Counted from the stretch's first letter, positions 21,039-31,428 are shown. The stretch: DNA of 57,780 bases from Nitrospinota bacterium (GCA_036231405.1 JAZAHK010000033.1:1-57780), one strand, 5' to 3'. Notes: a model not told the origin generated them from the sequence alone. Program-made: numbers and translations.

Positions 21039-21503
21039 ATGAAAATATTCAAAAATAAGAACTCCTTGTTCTGGATTTTTTTTGTTTCTTTTGCTCTATT
21101 GTTTTTTTTCCTCTTGTTTTTCTCGAAATATTTTTTTCTCAAGAATGCAGACGTAAAATCCCAATTGATTAAGTCTGCTAAAGAATTAAAAGGAAAATCA
21201 GAAAGAGAAACAATCAGGACAATAGCCGAGATGGTAGTCCAACTTTATAACGATTCCAAACATGTAAGCAGAATAAATTTCAGTAGCAAAATAAATAAAA
21301 AAGGAATACTAAACTTTGTCTTAATTCTGCCTTGGAGTGAAGTTAGTGAGAAAAAAATTAAAAGAAGAGTTTCTATAATCAAAAATCTTGTGAAATCAAT
21401 CTTTAAAAAAACTAGCTATCAAAATACAAAATTCATAATAACTGTATATAAACTTAGAAAAAATTTTGTGGACAAAGATCTACTATACAAACTTACATTT
21501 TAA
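21039..21503 (+). CDS. Hypothetical membrane-anchored basic protein
   Basis: N-terminal TM helix; fills an intergenic gap; no recognisable motif. Confidence 0.55.
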   Translation: MKIFKNKNSLFWIFFVSFALLFFFLLFFSKYFFLKNADVKSQLIKSAKELKGKSERETIRTIAEMVVQLYNDSKHVSRINFSSKINKKGILNFVLILPWSEVSEKKIKRRVSIIKNLVKSIFKKTSYQNTKFIITVYKLRKNFVDKDLLYKLTF

Positions 21504-21528
21504 TTCAACTTTTTTCCTGAACAAAAAA

Positions 21529-21555
21529 GAGGCGGATAGACACACTATCCGCCTC
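21529..21555 (-). terminator. Rho-independent terminator of the csp gene
   Basis: 11-bp stem GAGGCGGATAG/CTATCCGCCTC followed by TTTTTT on the minus strand. Confidence 0.85.
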
Positions 21556-21586
21556 AAATTTATAATTTTAATTTAAAAAACAGGCT

Positions 21587-21892
21587 TTACTCTTCTTCTG
21601 AATCTTCAGAGTCCTCTGAATCTTCAGAATCTTCAGAATCATCATCCCCTAAACCAGAACTTTCAGAAGGAACAGATGCAGGCGAAGCTCCTCCAGATTT
21701 TGTTACATTTGCAGCTTGTAACCCTTTTGGACCCTGTTGGATTTCAAAATCAACAGACTCGCCTTCTTGTAAAGACTTGAAACCATCAGACTGGATTGCA
21801 GAAAAATGAACGAAAACATCATCTCCGCCTTCCTGAGAAATAAAACCATAACCCTTTGCATCATTAAACCACTTAACTGTACCTGCTGGCAT
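21587..21892 (-). CDS. Cold-shock protein (CSD) with an acidic C-terminal tail
   Basis: [40 protein letters not shown] 7 nt before ATG 21892. Confidence 0.93.
   Translation of the reverse strand: MPAGTVKWFNDAKGYGFISQEGGDDVFVHFSAIQSDGFKSLQEGESVDFEIQQGPKGLQAANVTKSGGASPASVPSESSGLGDDDSEDSEDSEDSEDSEEE
21591..21646 (-). repeat. Degenerate 9-bp tandem repeat encoding (DSE)n
   Basis: GATTCTGAA-like units giving [19 protein letters not shown]. Confidence 0.8.
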
Positions 21893-22140
21893 ACTCATAC
21901 TCCCGAAACACCGGGCGAATTCCTATCTGGAGTACCAAACTCAACAAGGATTTCGACCAAACAAAAACTGCCTACACCAACTGTAAGCAAAAAAAAACTA
22001 AATAAAGCTACCCACCGGAGCAGATAACATTCATACCCTATTCTATACTATAAAATAAAAGTATTTTTGCGGATTATAGTAAAATTATAAATATTTGACA
22101 AGCATTTTATTTTAAACACTAATTTGGAGAATTTTTAGAC

Positions 22141-23022
22141 ATGAAAAATTTTAAAACTATAGGCATTCTTAGTCCCGGAGATATGGGACATTCCGTAGGA
22201 AAAGAGTTTAAAGAAAATGGTTTTTCTATCGTAACATGCCTAAAAGGGAGAAGTAGTTTAACCAAAAATTACGCAAAAAGTGTAGGTTTTGTTAGTTTAA
22301 AAACATACAGGGAGGTCCTTGAAGAATCAGATATTGTATTTTCGATTCTCCCTCCTAAAAAATCCTTTACTTTAGCAAATCAAATTGCAAAAGAAATGAC
22401 GAAAGTCAAATCTAACCCTATTTACGTAGATTGTAACGCTATTTCACCTAAAAATGCTCGGAAAATAAATAAAACCATCACTGAAGCAGGATGTGCTTTT
22501 ATTGACTCAGGTATAATTGGTCCTCCGCCTAGAAACACGAATATAACAAAATTTTACGTGAGTGGTTTGCAATTAGATAAATTAAAAGTACTTGAAACAA
22601 AAAGAATTAAAATATGTCCTATTGGCAGAGAAGTTGGTCGAGCCTCTGCAATGAAAATGTGTTACGCTTCGCTGACCAAAGGAACGCGGGCACTTCACGC
22701 TGCTGTAATAACAGTAGCAGAAAAACTTGGGCTAAGTGAGGAGCTAAAAAAAGAATTCTTGTTTAGTCAAAAAGAAATTTATGAAATGATGCAAAAAACT
22801 CAGCCAAGACTCCCTTCAGTTTCTGGAAGATGGATAGGTGAAATGGAAGAAATTGCGGATACCTTTAAGGAAGAAGGAATTAGTCCTTTTTTTCATCTAG
22901 CCGCTGCTTCTATTTATAAAATGATGCAAAATTCTCCATTGTCCAAAGAAAAATCTGACAATTTTAATGCAAAAAGAAGTTTAAAAGAGTTAGCAAAAAT
23001 TTATGCAAAAACGATTAATTAA
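22141..23022 (+). CDS. NAD(P)-dependent oxidoreductase, 6PGD/HIBADH-like with DUF1932-type C-terminus
   Basis: GILSPGDMG, YVDCNAISP, ASAMKMCYA, RWIGEMEEIA. Confidence 0.8.
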   Translation: MKNFKTIGILSPGDMGHSVGKEFKENGFSIVTCLKGRSSLTKNYAKSVGFVSLKTYREVLEESDIVFSILPPKKSFTLANQIAKEMTKVKSNPIYVDCNAISPKNARKINKTITEAGCAFIDSGIIGPPPRNTNITKFYVSGLQLDKLKVLETKRIKICPIGREVGRASAMKMCYASLTKGTRALHAAVITVAEKLGLSEELKKEFLFSQKEIYEMMQKTQPRLPSVSGRWIGEMEEIADTFKEEGISPFFHLAAASIYKMMQNSPLSKEKSDNFNAKRSLKELAKIYAKTIN

Positions 23023-23054
23023 AATATTTTAAAAATGAAGACCAGGAAAACATT

Positions 23055-24254
23055 ATGAAAGAAGAAAAAGAAAATATAGGCAAGATTCTCCTTATTTTTT
23101 TACAGCTAGGATTTACCTCTTTCGGGGGACCAATAGCTCATCTTGGATATTTTCGTGAAGCTTTCGTTGAGCGTCGAAAATGGCTAAGTGAAAAAGGATT
23201 TGCTGATTTAATTGCTTTATGCCAATTTTTGCCTGGCCCAGCTTCGAGTCAGGTCGGGATAGGAATAGGTCTTACAAGGGGTGGAATTTTTGGCTCTTTA
23301 GCTGCCTGGATAGGATTTACACTGCCCTCCGCATTAGCCATGATAATTTTTGGTTACGGGGTTATAAACTTTAAACAAGTAATCCCAATAGGAGTCTTAC
23401 ATGGATTAAAAATCGTTGCAGTCGCTGTTGTTGGGCAAGCAATATGGGGAATGTCTAGAACTCTGTGTCCTGATAAATTAAGAATAACAATAGCAGTTAT
23501 TTCTGCATCTATAATTTTAATTTTTCAAACTGCACTCGTTCAATTTGGAGTAATAATACTAGGTGCTTTTTCAGGATTTTTCTTTTTAAATTTAGAAACA
23601 AAATTTGAAAAATCTTCATTTCAAATACAAGTTTCAAAAAGTTTGGCAATTTTTTGCCTATTTTCCTTTTTCCTTTTTCTTTTCGGGCTTCCTGTTTTAA
23701 CTAAAATGTACTTTTCTGAAAGTTTAGCATTGTTCGATAGTTTCTACCGTTCAGGATCCTTGGTGTTTGGTGGCGGACATGTTGTCTTGCCTTTATTAAA
23801 AACGGAAGTAGTGCCTACCGGTTTGGTTTCGAAAGAAGCCTTTATGGCAGGATATGGCGCCGCACAAGCCGTTCCAGGACCCCTATTCACATTCTCTGCA
23901 TTTTTAGGAACAGTCATGAAATCAAGTCCGAACGGTTGGATGGGTGCATTTATTTGCCTGTTTGCTATTTTTTTGCCATCCTTTTTCCTAATGTTAGGAG
24001 TTTTGCCATTTTGGGATTCTCTAGGGAAAGTAAAATTTATTGCCAAGGGACTTCTTGGAGTAAATGCTTCCGTAGTTGGACTTCTTTTGGCAGCTTTTTA
24101 TAATCCTCTATGGATAAGCGCAGTTTTATCTTCAACTGATTTCATTCTCGCTTTATTAGCATTTCTATTGCTTGTTATTTGGAGAGTTTCGCCATACTTA
24201 GTAGTTTGCTTGTCTGCATTAGGGGGATGGGTGGTCCAATTTTTAATCTCATAA
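23055..24254 (+). CDS. chrA: Chromate efflux transporter
   Basis: SFGGPIAHLG, CQFLPGPASSQ, VFGGGHVVLPLL, AQAVPGP. Confidence 0.92.
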   Translation: MKEEKENIGKILLIFLQLGFTSFGGPIAHLGYFREAFVERRKWLSEKGFADLIALCQFLPGPASSQVGIGIGLTRGGIFGSLAAWIGFTLPSALAMIIFGYGVINFKQVIPIGVLHGLKIVAVAVVGQAIWGMSRTLCPDKLRITIAVISASIILIFQTALVQFGVIILGAFSGFFFLNLETKFEKSSFQIQVSKSLAIFCLFSFFLFLFGLPVLTKMYFSESLALFDSFYRSGSLVFGGGHVVLPLLKTEVVPTGLVSKEAFMAGYGAAQAVPGPLFTFSAFLGTVMKSSPNGWMGAFICLFAIFLPSFFLMLGVLPFWDSLGKVKFIAKGLLGVNASVVGLLLAAFYNPLWISAVLSSTDFILALLAFLLLVIWRVSPYLVVCLSALGGWVVQFLIS

Positions 24255-24261
24255 TAGTGTA

Positions 24262-25059
24262 TTAATCCTTTATCTCTGGTCTGGGGAATATCTCTATATT
24301 TGGGAGAACTTTTTCCACATTCTCTCTTGTACCAAAAAACACTGGACCCTCTATTTTCTTCCCTTCAACCATGGATAAAAGATCTATAGAATGTCCGTTC
24401 GGTAGAAATCCACCACCACCTACTTCCTTCAAAATTGCCAACGGAGCCAAAACGTCCCATATTTTAGGTCTATCAACCAAAGCTGCAATTCCACAGCCAG
24501 CTGCAGTGTATGCAATATGAGTACTAGCGCTTCCATATGCAACGGACTTGCCAGAAAAACGAAAATTAAAAAATCTTTTTCTTGAGGAAGGGACGAAAAC
24601 AACCGCTTGTTTCTCAATTTCAATTTCTTTTAAATTCAACATTTTTTTCCCATTTATTGTTGCTCCCTTTCCCTTCTCGCCAATAAAAAGCTCTTTTGTT
24701 TTTGGCATATAAAAACCACCCGCCAGGGGCGTATTTTCATCCATTAATCCAATACAGATCCCCCAAGTAGGAAGACCTTTAATATAGGGATTAGTCCCAT
24801 CAATTGGGTCTATTGCCCAGATACGTTTTTGACGTTCTTTACGGAAATTTTCAATTCCATATTCTTCTCCAATAAATAAATCATTGGGAAATTCTTTTAA
24901 AATTCTATTTTTTAAAAATAATTCTATTTCGTAATCTACTTCACTTACTAGGCTTTGATCTTTTTTCCGATGAACAGTCAATTTTTCTTGTTTAGAAATA
25001 GCAATTTCTCCAGCTTCTTCTAAGAGTTTTTTGATAAATAAATCCAATTTTTTCTCCAT
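24262..25059 (-). CDS. Inositol monophosphatase family protein
   Basis: GEE, WAIDPIDGT, WDVLA. Confidence 0.88.
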   Translation of the reverse strand: MEKKLDLFIKKLLEEAGEIAISKQEKLTVHRKKDQSLVSEVDYEIELFLKNRILKEFPNDLFIGEEYGIENFRKERQKRIWAIDPIDGTNPYIKGLPTWGICIGLMDENTPLAGGFYMPKTKELFIGEKGKGATINGKKMLNLKEIEIEKQAVVFVPSSRKRFFNFRFSGKSVAYGSASTHIAYTAAGCGIAALVDRPKIWDVLAPLAILKEVGGGGFLPNGHSIDLLSMVEGKKIEGPVFFGTRENVEKVLPNIEIFPRPEIKD

Positions 25060-25207
25060 CTAATAACTAAAAATACATAAGATACTTTATTTGTTGATTT
25101 GGTTTTTTTATCACAGTTATGTTATTCAGTTTTGTTGTCCTATTTAATTAGACTATGTAACACCTTATCCTTTTCGAGAAAGCCCTCCAACGAGAAACTG
25201 GTTTTAT

Positions 25208-26575
25208 ATGCTAAGCAAACTTTTCAAAAAAAATATTAATTACACTGATGGTCCAATAGGCCATAATGTCTATCTAATAGCTACCCCAATTTTTTTTGAA
25301 TTAGTTGCTTGGAACATAGACAGTATTTTAGAAGTGTATTGGTTTGGAAGATTAGGTGCTAGCGCTCTTGCAGCAATGACTATTGCGTTTATAACTTTGA
25401 TTTGTGTAAGAGCAGGAGGAATGGGTATTCGTGTTCCTGCACAAGCGCTAGTAGCCCAACATATTGGCTCTGGAGATAAAGAAAAAGCAGCGCTAGTTGC
25501 AGGCCAAACATTTCTTTTACAGTTCCTTTATTTTATGCCTATTTCCTTTTTAGGAATCATTTTTGCTCCTTTTCTTGTAGGTTTCTTTTCCTCTGAAGAA
25601 CCTCTTAGATCTTTAGCAATCACTTGTCTTCGTTCTGGACTAATTACGGTAATGTTTGTCGATGGAATTTTTACTATAGGGAACCTTTTAAGAGGAGCGG
25701 GCGACGTCAATCTTTCCTTAAGAGGTATGATTGTTAGTTCGTCGGTAGTTTTTTGGGCAATGCCTCTTCTTATTTTTGGTTATGGATATATCCCATCCTT
25801 TAAAATAGCAGGAGTTTTTCTAGGTCTTGGGTTTGGAAGGTTAATTGGTTGTATAGTGATGATATTCTTTTTATTTTCTGGACGCTCGAAAATTCCACTT
25901 AAATCACGTCACCTAAAACCTAATAAAAAACAACTTTTTCAAATTATTTCACTGGGTTGGCCAGCTATGGGTCAAATGTTATTTGAAAGAAGCGCAAATG
26001 TGGTTTTAGTTTGGATGATGGCTCCATTCGGAGCAATTAGTTTAGCTGCTTGGTCAATTGGAAGTAGAGTAAACAATATGGGAAGGATGCCTGGATTTGT
26101 CCTTCAATCTTCCTCTAGAACACTTATAGGACAAAATATAGGAGCAGGAAAAATGGAGCGGGCAGTTCTTTCAGCAAGATTTGTTCTCTGTGTCCTTTTC
26201 TTTATTATGATTTTAGTTACATCTGGTTTCTTTTACTGGGCTAAAGAAATTGTAGTTTTTTTTGGCATGGAGAAAGAAGGAGCGAAAACTGCAGAAACAT
26301 GTTTTCAAATTCTAAGTATAGGGGTTGGATTCGAAGCAACTAGAAGGGTCGTTGCAGGAATTTTTGAAGGTTCTGCAGATACAAAACCCCCAATGATAAT
26401 AGAAGGACTTATTCGATGGGGAGTTCTGCTGCCAGCAGCTTTTCTACTTTCTCATATATTCGAACTAAAAGAGTTTGGTATTTGGTGGTCAGTGGCTGGA
26501 AGTCAGGTTTTAGGCGGCATCGCATTATTCATTTGGTATATTGTTGCATGGCCAAGACAACGAACAACAATTTAA
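25208..26575 (+). CDS. MATE family efflux transporter
   Basis: GRLGASALAA, AQHIGSG, LRGAGD, GQNIGAG, DTKPPM. Confidence 0.88.
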   Translation: MLSKLFKKNINYTDGPIGHNVYLIATPIFFELVAWNIDSILEVYWFGRLGASALAAMTIAFITLICVRAGGMGIRVPAQALVAQHIGSGDKEKAALVAGQTFLLQFLYFMPISFLGIIFAPFLVGFFSSEEPLRSLAITCLRSGLITVMFVDGIFTIGNLLRGAGDVNLSLRGMIVSSSVVFWAMPLLIFGYGYIPSFKIAGVFLGLGFGRLIGCIVMIFFLFSGRSKIPLKSRHLKPNKKQLFQIISLGWPAMGQMLFERSANVVLVWMMAPFGAISLAAWSIGSRVNNMGRMPGFVLQSSSRTLIGQNIGAGKMERAVLSARFVLCVLFFIMILVTSGFFYWAKEIVVFFGMEKEGAKTAETCFQILSIGVGFEATRRVVAGIFEGSADTKPPMIIEGLIRWGVLLPAAFLLSHIFELKEFGIWWSVAGSQVLGGIALFIWYIVAWPRQRTTI

Positions 26576-26618
26576 AATTTCTTACATTTGAGAATCTATA
26601 CTTACTGGTTGCTTCAAA

Positions 26619-28019
26619 TTGACAAATCACAATAAAAATAATTTTTATGATTATACAAAGGGTCGAATTTCGCATGGAATTTTAAGAATTACACTTCCTT
26701 CTTGCTTAGAAAATGTTTGCTGGAATCTTGATGCGTTAGTTGAAATCTTTTGGATAGGACAACTTGGAGGACCTGAGTTTTTAGCATCTGTTTCCCTAGC
26801 ATTTATGATTATTTTTTTTCTTCGTGCTGTAGGTTTTGGGTTTAGAACTGCTGGAAGTGCTTTAGTTGCACAAAAAATTGGTGCAGGAGATATACAAGGC
26901 GCAAAATTTGCTGCTGCACAAACTATCATTTTGGCTTTTATTTATTATGTTTTTATTTCAACACTTGGCTTCATTTTCTCACCATTTCTCATGTCTTTGC
27001 TGACAAATGACGCAAAAGTTTTATTGCTTGGAACTCAATATTTACAAACCAGTTTTTTATTCTTTGCTTTTGTGGATGGAATTTTCACGATAAGTCATCA
27101 GTTTCGTGCTTCAGGAGAACCTCGTTTCTCTCTATATGGGCAACCCTGTTCTCCAACAATTTCCTTCTTCAGCGTTCCATTGTTTATATATGGGTATTAT
27201 GGAATCCCTGAGTTCGGAATATGTGGAGGAGCAATGGGTGTAGGGATAGGGAGGTTAGTAGGTGTGATCGTGATGTTGGTTATCATTTTCACAGGAAGAT
27301 CTCAGATTTCTTTCGGAAGAAAAGAAATGGCTCTTAATTTAAAACTTGCATGGCAAATAATCAAAATAGGATGGCCGGCCGCAACACAAAATTTATTAGA
27401 AAGAGGATCAAGTTTAATTTTACTAAAAATTTTATCAATTTTTGGCCCTGTTTATCTTGCTGCATGGACAATTGCAAATCGTATTTCATTATTGGCAAGA
27501 AATCCAAGCTTTGGTATTCAGGCTGCACTTAGAACAATGGTAGGACAAAATATAGGAGCAAAAAAATTTCAACGTGCAACTAAAAGTGTAAAATTTTCTC
27601 TCTTGATTTTAGTCATTACTATGGGCTTTGTTGCAATTTTCCTTTCTTTTTTCGCTGAAAATTTATCAAAATTTTTTGGATTAAAAGACGACCTTTCTAT
27701 AGAAATTTCTATTCTGTGTCTAAGAATTTTATCCATAGGTTTATTTTTTGAGTCGATTTTTAGAATGATTTTAGGCGCTTTTCATGGTGCAGCAAACACA
27801 AAACCTCCAATGATCGTGGAATTTTTTACCCGATGGTTTGTCCAAATACCAGCTGCATACATCATTTCTATTGTGTTAGCATTTGGTGGTTCGGGAGTTT
27901 GGTTTGCAATGTCAGGGGGACAAATTCTTTCATGTGTGTTTTTATTGACATGGTATTATATTTGGATTAATAAAAAAGGTATTGGAAGTCACTCTGTTTT
28001 AGAAAATAAGGATCTATAA
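26619..28019 (+). CDS. MATE family efflux transporter (paralog of the preceding gene)
   Basis: AQKIGAG, GQNIGAK, NTKPPM; TTG start. Confidence 0.88.
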   Translation: MTNHNKNNFYDYTKGRISHGILRITLPSCLENVCWNLDALVEIFWIGQLGGPEFLASVSLAFMIIFFLRAVGFGFRTAGSALVAQKIGAGDIQGAKFAAAQTIILAFIYYVFISTLGFIFSPFLMSLLTNDAKVLLLGTQYLQTSFLFFAFVDGIFTISHQFRASGEPRFSLYGQPCSPTISFFSVPLFIYGYYGIPEFGICGGAMGVGIGRLVGVIVMLVIIFTGRSQISFGRKEMALNLKLAWQIIKIGWPAATQNLLERGSSLILLKILSIFGPVYLAAWTIANRISLLARNPSFGIQAALRTMVGQNIGAKKFQRATKSVKFSLLILVITMGFVAIFLSFFAENLSKFFGLKDDLSIEISILCLRILSIGLFFESIFRMILGAFHGAANTKPPMIVEFFTRWFVQIPAAYIISIVLAFGGSGVWFAMSGGQILSCVFLLTWYYIWINKKGIGSHSVLENKDL

Positions 28020-28816
28020 TGGACAGTTTTTCAGAAACACCATCTGCTATTTACGGTCCGATAGACTCGTGGAGATTTGGGCTTTCTTTAGGAGTTGACC
28101 TTATTTTACGAACAAGTGTCTGTTCTTTTAATTGTGTTTACTGCCAACTTGGTTCGATACAACAAATAACAAACGAAAGACAACTTTTTGTAAAAACCGA
28201 AAAAGTTATGTCAGATCTAGAAAAATCTCAGTGGGAAAAATCAGATATTATTACATTCAGTGGAAGTGGAGAACCAACTTTAGCGACTAATCTTGGTGAA
28301 ACTTTAGAAAAAATAAAAAATTACACTGATATCAAAACACATGTTTTGACTAATGGCACTTTACTAGAAGATAAGTTTGTTCGTTCTGAACTTTGTAGTG
28401 CAGATAGAGTATCTGTAAAACTAGACGCTGTGGACGAGAAAATGTTTGCTACTGTTAATCGACCATTCAATGGAATTACTCTTAAATCAATCCTAAATGG
28501 GACAAAGATTTTTCGAAGTGAATATTCAGGATTTCTTGATACTCAAGTTATGTTTCTGCCGGTAAATAAAAAAATGACAGGAAAACTCTGTGATTTAATA
28601 AATGAGATTAGACCTGATGAGGTTCAACTGAATACTCCAAAAAGAGCCTATCCTTCTTCATGGTTCATCGAATCAAGAGGACGATATGACTATGAAAAAT
28701 CAAAAATAAAATTGAATAAACTTAAGGTTCTAGAACCTGTGGATGCAGACAAAATAGAAGATGAAATAAGAAGAAAAACCGGCTTAATTGTTAGTAGTGT
28801 TTACGGTGAGTCTTGA
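28019..28816 (+). CDS. Radical SAM protein of unknown function
   Basis: YGPIDSWRFGLSLGVD, CSFNCVYCQLG, TFSGSGEPTL; TAATG overlap with the MATE gene. Confidence 0.88.
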   Translation: MDSFSETPSAIYGPIDSWRFGLSLGVDLILRTSVCSFNCVYCQLGSIQQITNERQLFVKTEKVMSDLEKSQWEKSDIITFSGSGEPTLATNLGETLEKIKNYTDIKTHVLTNGTLLEDKFVRSELCSADRVSVKLDAVDEKMFATVNRPFNGITLKSILNGTKIFRSEYSGFLDTQVMFLPVNKKMTGKLCDLINEIRPDEVQLNTPKRAYPSSWFIESRGRYDYEKSKIKLNKLKVLEPVDADKIEDEIRRKTGLIVSSVYGES

Positions 28817-29233
28817 GATTTTCTTCTTTCTTACCCTTTCGTTTTCTGAGGTAAAAGATGCTTCGTGGATTTCTTTGGTTAGTAGGAACATTAATTGTAG
28901 CCTCTTTATGTTTTCTTTTTTTGAGCAGTATTTGTAGTGATGTTCAAATTTTTCCATCACTTTATGCATTTTTTTGTGGTCGCTAAAAATAGCAAAAATA
29001 AAAAATGAGCCAGATAAAATATAGAGAAAAACATTAACTGTTTCCCTGATCTTATTTTTTCGAGTCAAATTCTTTCTTGGGCGTTTAACTTCAATGCCAG
29101 ACAATGAAAAAAAGTGTAGAAACCTTCTTTTAAGTCTCGGTAAAGAAATAAAACTAAAAACCATTTCCAATTCACCCTGTCTTCCATGTGATTTCCAACC
29201 CTGATATATTCGAAAAAAGGGGATAAAATACAA
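28784..29233 (-). CDS. Hypothetical protein (start uncertain)
   Basis: Fills the gap between the rSAM gene and tupA; one TM segment; overlaps the rSAM 3' end. Confidence 0.35.
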   Translation of the reverse strand: MYFIPFFRIYQGWKSHGRQGELEMVFSFISLPRLKRRFLHFFSLSGIEVKRPRKNLTRKNKIRETVNVFLYILSGSFFIFAIFSDHKKMHKVMEKFEHHYKYCSKKENIKRLQLMFLLTKEIHEASFTSENERVRKKKISRLTVNTTNN

Positions 29234-30049
29234 ATGTTACAAATCTTCGTATTGTTTTTCGTTCTGATTTTTGCGCCTCTTCATAGTACAGAAGCAAAAA
29301 GACTTAAATTTGCAACAACAACTTCAGTTGCGAATAGTGGGATTTTATCTCCTCTATTATTCGAATTCAAAAAAAAACATAAAACCCCTGTTCATGCGAT
29401 AATTACTGGAACAGGAAAAGCCCTTGAAATGGGAAAACATGGAGATGTTGATTTAATTCTCACTCATGCTCCTGAACTAGAACATATATTTATAAAGAAA
29501 AAATATGGGATAAATAAAAAGAAAATTATGTTTAACTATTTTTTAATTGCTGGGCCTTTATCTTATAAACCATTTTTAAAAAATGAAAACGTTTTAGGTG
29601 TTTTAGAAAAAATTGCAAAACGTAAACTTAAATGGATAAGCAGGGGAGATAATTCTGGAACTCATATCAAAGAAATGGAATTATGGAAAATCGCTCGACT
29701 GAATCCACGTGGCAAATGGTATTTATCCTCGGGTTTAGGGATGGGGAGATCGTTAATAATGGCCGAAGAGAAAAATGCATTCATCTTAACCGACAGAGGA
29801 ACTTATCTTTCGTTTTTACACAGAAATAAAATTAGTCTTCGAATCATTTTTGGTCAAAAAGATCCGAACTTATTGAACGAATATTCTTTAATCCAAATTA
29901 ATCCCAAAAAACATAAATACATTTTACACGAAGAAGCAGTAAAATTTTCAGATTTCTTAGTTTCAAATGCTGCACAATGTATAATTAAAAATTTCAAAGT
30001 AAAACAAGTTGCTCTTTTCAATCCCGCAAGTACTTGTATCAGCAAGTAA
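29234..30049 (+). CDS. tupA: Tungstate ABC transporter substrate-binding protein
   Basis: ATTTS..NSG, GTGKAL, THAP, SRGDNSGTH, DRGTY. Confidence 0.9.
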   Translation: MLQIFVLFFVLIFAPLHSTEAKRLKFATTTSVANSGILSPLLFEFKKKHKTPVHAIITGTGKALEMGKHGDVDLILTHAPELEHIFIKKKYGINKKKIMFNYFLIAGPLSYKPFLKNENVLGVLEKIAKRKLKWISRGDNSGTHIKEMELWKIARLNPRGKWYLSSGLGMGRSLIMAEEKNAFILTDRGTYLSFLHRNKISLRIIFGQKDPNLLNEYSLIQINPKKHKYILHEEAVKFSDFLVSNAAQCIIKNFKVKQVALFNPASTCISK

Positions 30050-30066
30050 AATGAAGGAAATTTTAC

Positions 30067-30753
30067 ATGGGTTTTTTGTCGGATGGCATTATTGATGCAT
30101 TGTCTCTAATCATTAATTTTGACCAAATGGTTTTACGTGCAGCAAATACGACAATTCAAGTTGGTGTGATTGCTACAGTTGTCGCATCATTGATTGGAAT
30201 ACCTATTGGATTTTTCCTTGCGGTTTTTTCTTTTAAAGGTAAAAAAATATTAGTTGTGTTAACACAAACTCTTCTAGGTCTCCCAACAGTTGTTATAGGA
30301 CTGATTGTATATGGATTTCTTTCAAGAAGAGGTCCTTTAGGATTTACAGACTTACTTTTTACACCTACAGCCATAGTAATAGGTTTAGTTATCCTTGCAA
30401 TTCCGATTGTAGTGGTGTTTTCGTATACAACTATTAAAACTGTTGATCTGCGAGTGAGAGAAACAGCCTTTTCACTTGGGTCATCTGAATTAAAAGCGGC
30501 ATGGACGGTAATTCGTGAAATTCGTTATGAAATATTAGCCGTTATTCTAGCGGCTTTTTCGAGAGTCAGTTCTGAAATTGGAATCGCATTAATGCTAGGT
30601 GGAAACATTAAAGGATTTACAAGAACATTAACCACAGCAATTGCATTAGAAAGCACAAAAGGGGAATTTGCATTTGGTATTGCTCTTTCAATAATTTTGC
30701 TTTCCATAATACTTATTGCGAACTTATTATCTTTTATATTTAGAAAGTTATAA
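30067..30753 (+). CDS. tupB: Tungstate ABC transporter permease
   Basis: GLPTVVIGL, SRRGPLG, GGNIKGFTRTLTTAIALE. Confidence 0.9.
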   Translation: MGFLSDGIIDALSLIINFDQMVLRAANTTIQVGVIATVVASLIGIPIGFFLAVFSFKGKKILVVLTQTLLGLPTVVIGLIVYGFLSRRGPLGFTDLLFTPTAIVIGLVILAIPIVVVFSYTTIKTVDLRVRETAFSLGSSELKAAWTVIREIRYEILAVILAAFSRVSSEIGIALMLGGNIKGFTRTLTTAIALESTKGEFAFGIALSIILLSIILIANLLSFIFRKL

Positions 30754-31428
30754 ATGAGCTTTGTTTTTAACAATGTTAGGGTAGATTTTGATGGCTTAAC
30801 TGCACTCAATATCCACGACCTGAAGATCCCTAAATCTAAAACAACATGGATAATTGGTTCCAACGGTTCCGGAAAAACAACGTTTTTAAAAGTTTTGGCA
30901 GGTTTGATAATCCCAACAGCGGGAACTTTAACTTATAATTTAAAAGAACTTATCACTAGGAAAAATTATAAAGAATATCGACAGAAAACAACGATGCTCT
31001 CTCAGGAACCTTATTTATTCCGCGGAACAGTTCTTAAAAATGTTATGTATGGACTTCAAAATCAAAAGTTTACGAAAAAAGAATCAAAACTTCGAGCCAT
31101 GAAATCTTTGGAACATACGGGAGTTGCATATTTAGCCAAAAGAGATTCCAAACACCTATCAGTCGGAGAAAAAAAAAGAGTAGCACTAGCTCGATGTGTA
31201 GCAATTGATTGCGAAACTTTTTTGCTAGACGAACCTCTTTCTGGACTAGACGAAAAAAGCGTATCTCAAATTGCCAATTTGATTAGCAAATTATCACAAC
31301 TCAAAAAAACACTAATTATAAGTTCTCATGGAATAGAAAAATTTCGAGACAAGCAAGATTTATGTATCCAATTAAAATCAGGAGAAATCGAAAATTCCTG
31401 TAAAGAAATTAACCAGTCTATAGAATAA
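30754..31428 (+). CDS. tupC: Tungstate ABC transporter ATPase
   Basis: GSNGSGKTT, LSVGEK, LLDEP; follows tupAB. Confidence 0.85.
   Translation: MSFVFNNVRVDFDGLTALNIHDLKIPKSKTTWIIGSNGSGKTTFLKVLAGLIIPTAGTLTYNLKELITRKNYKEYRQKTTMLSQEPYLFRGTVLKNVMYGLQNQKFTKKESKLRAMKSLEHTGVAYLAKRDSKHLSVGEKKRVALARCVAIDCETFLLDEPLSGLDEKSVSQIANLISKLSQLKKTLIISSHGIEKFRDKQDLCIQLKSGEIENSCKEINQSIE

Noticed and set aside
21591-21646. Repeat as a CRISPR array or non-coding VNTR
   Set aside because: No spacers; the units are in-frame codon repeats of the Csp tail
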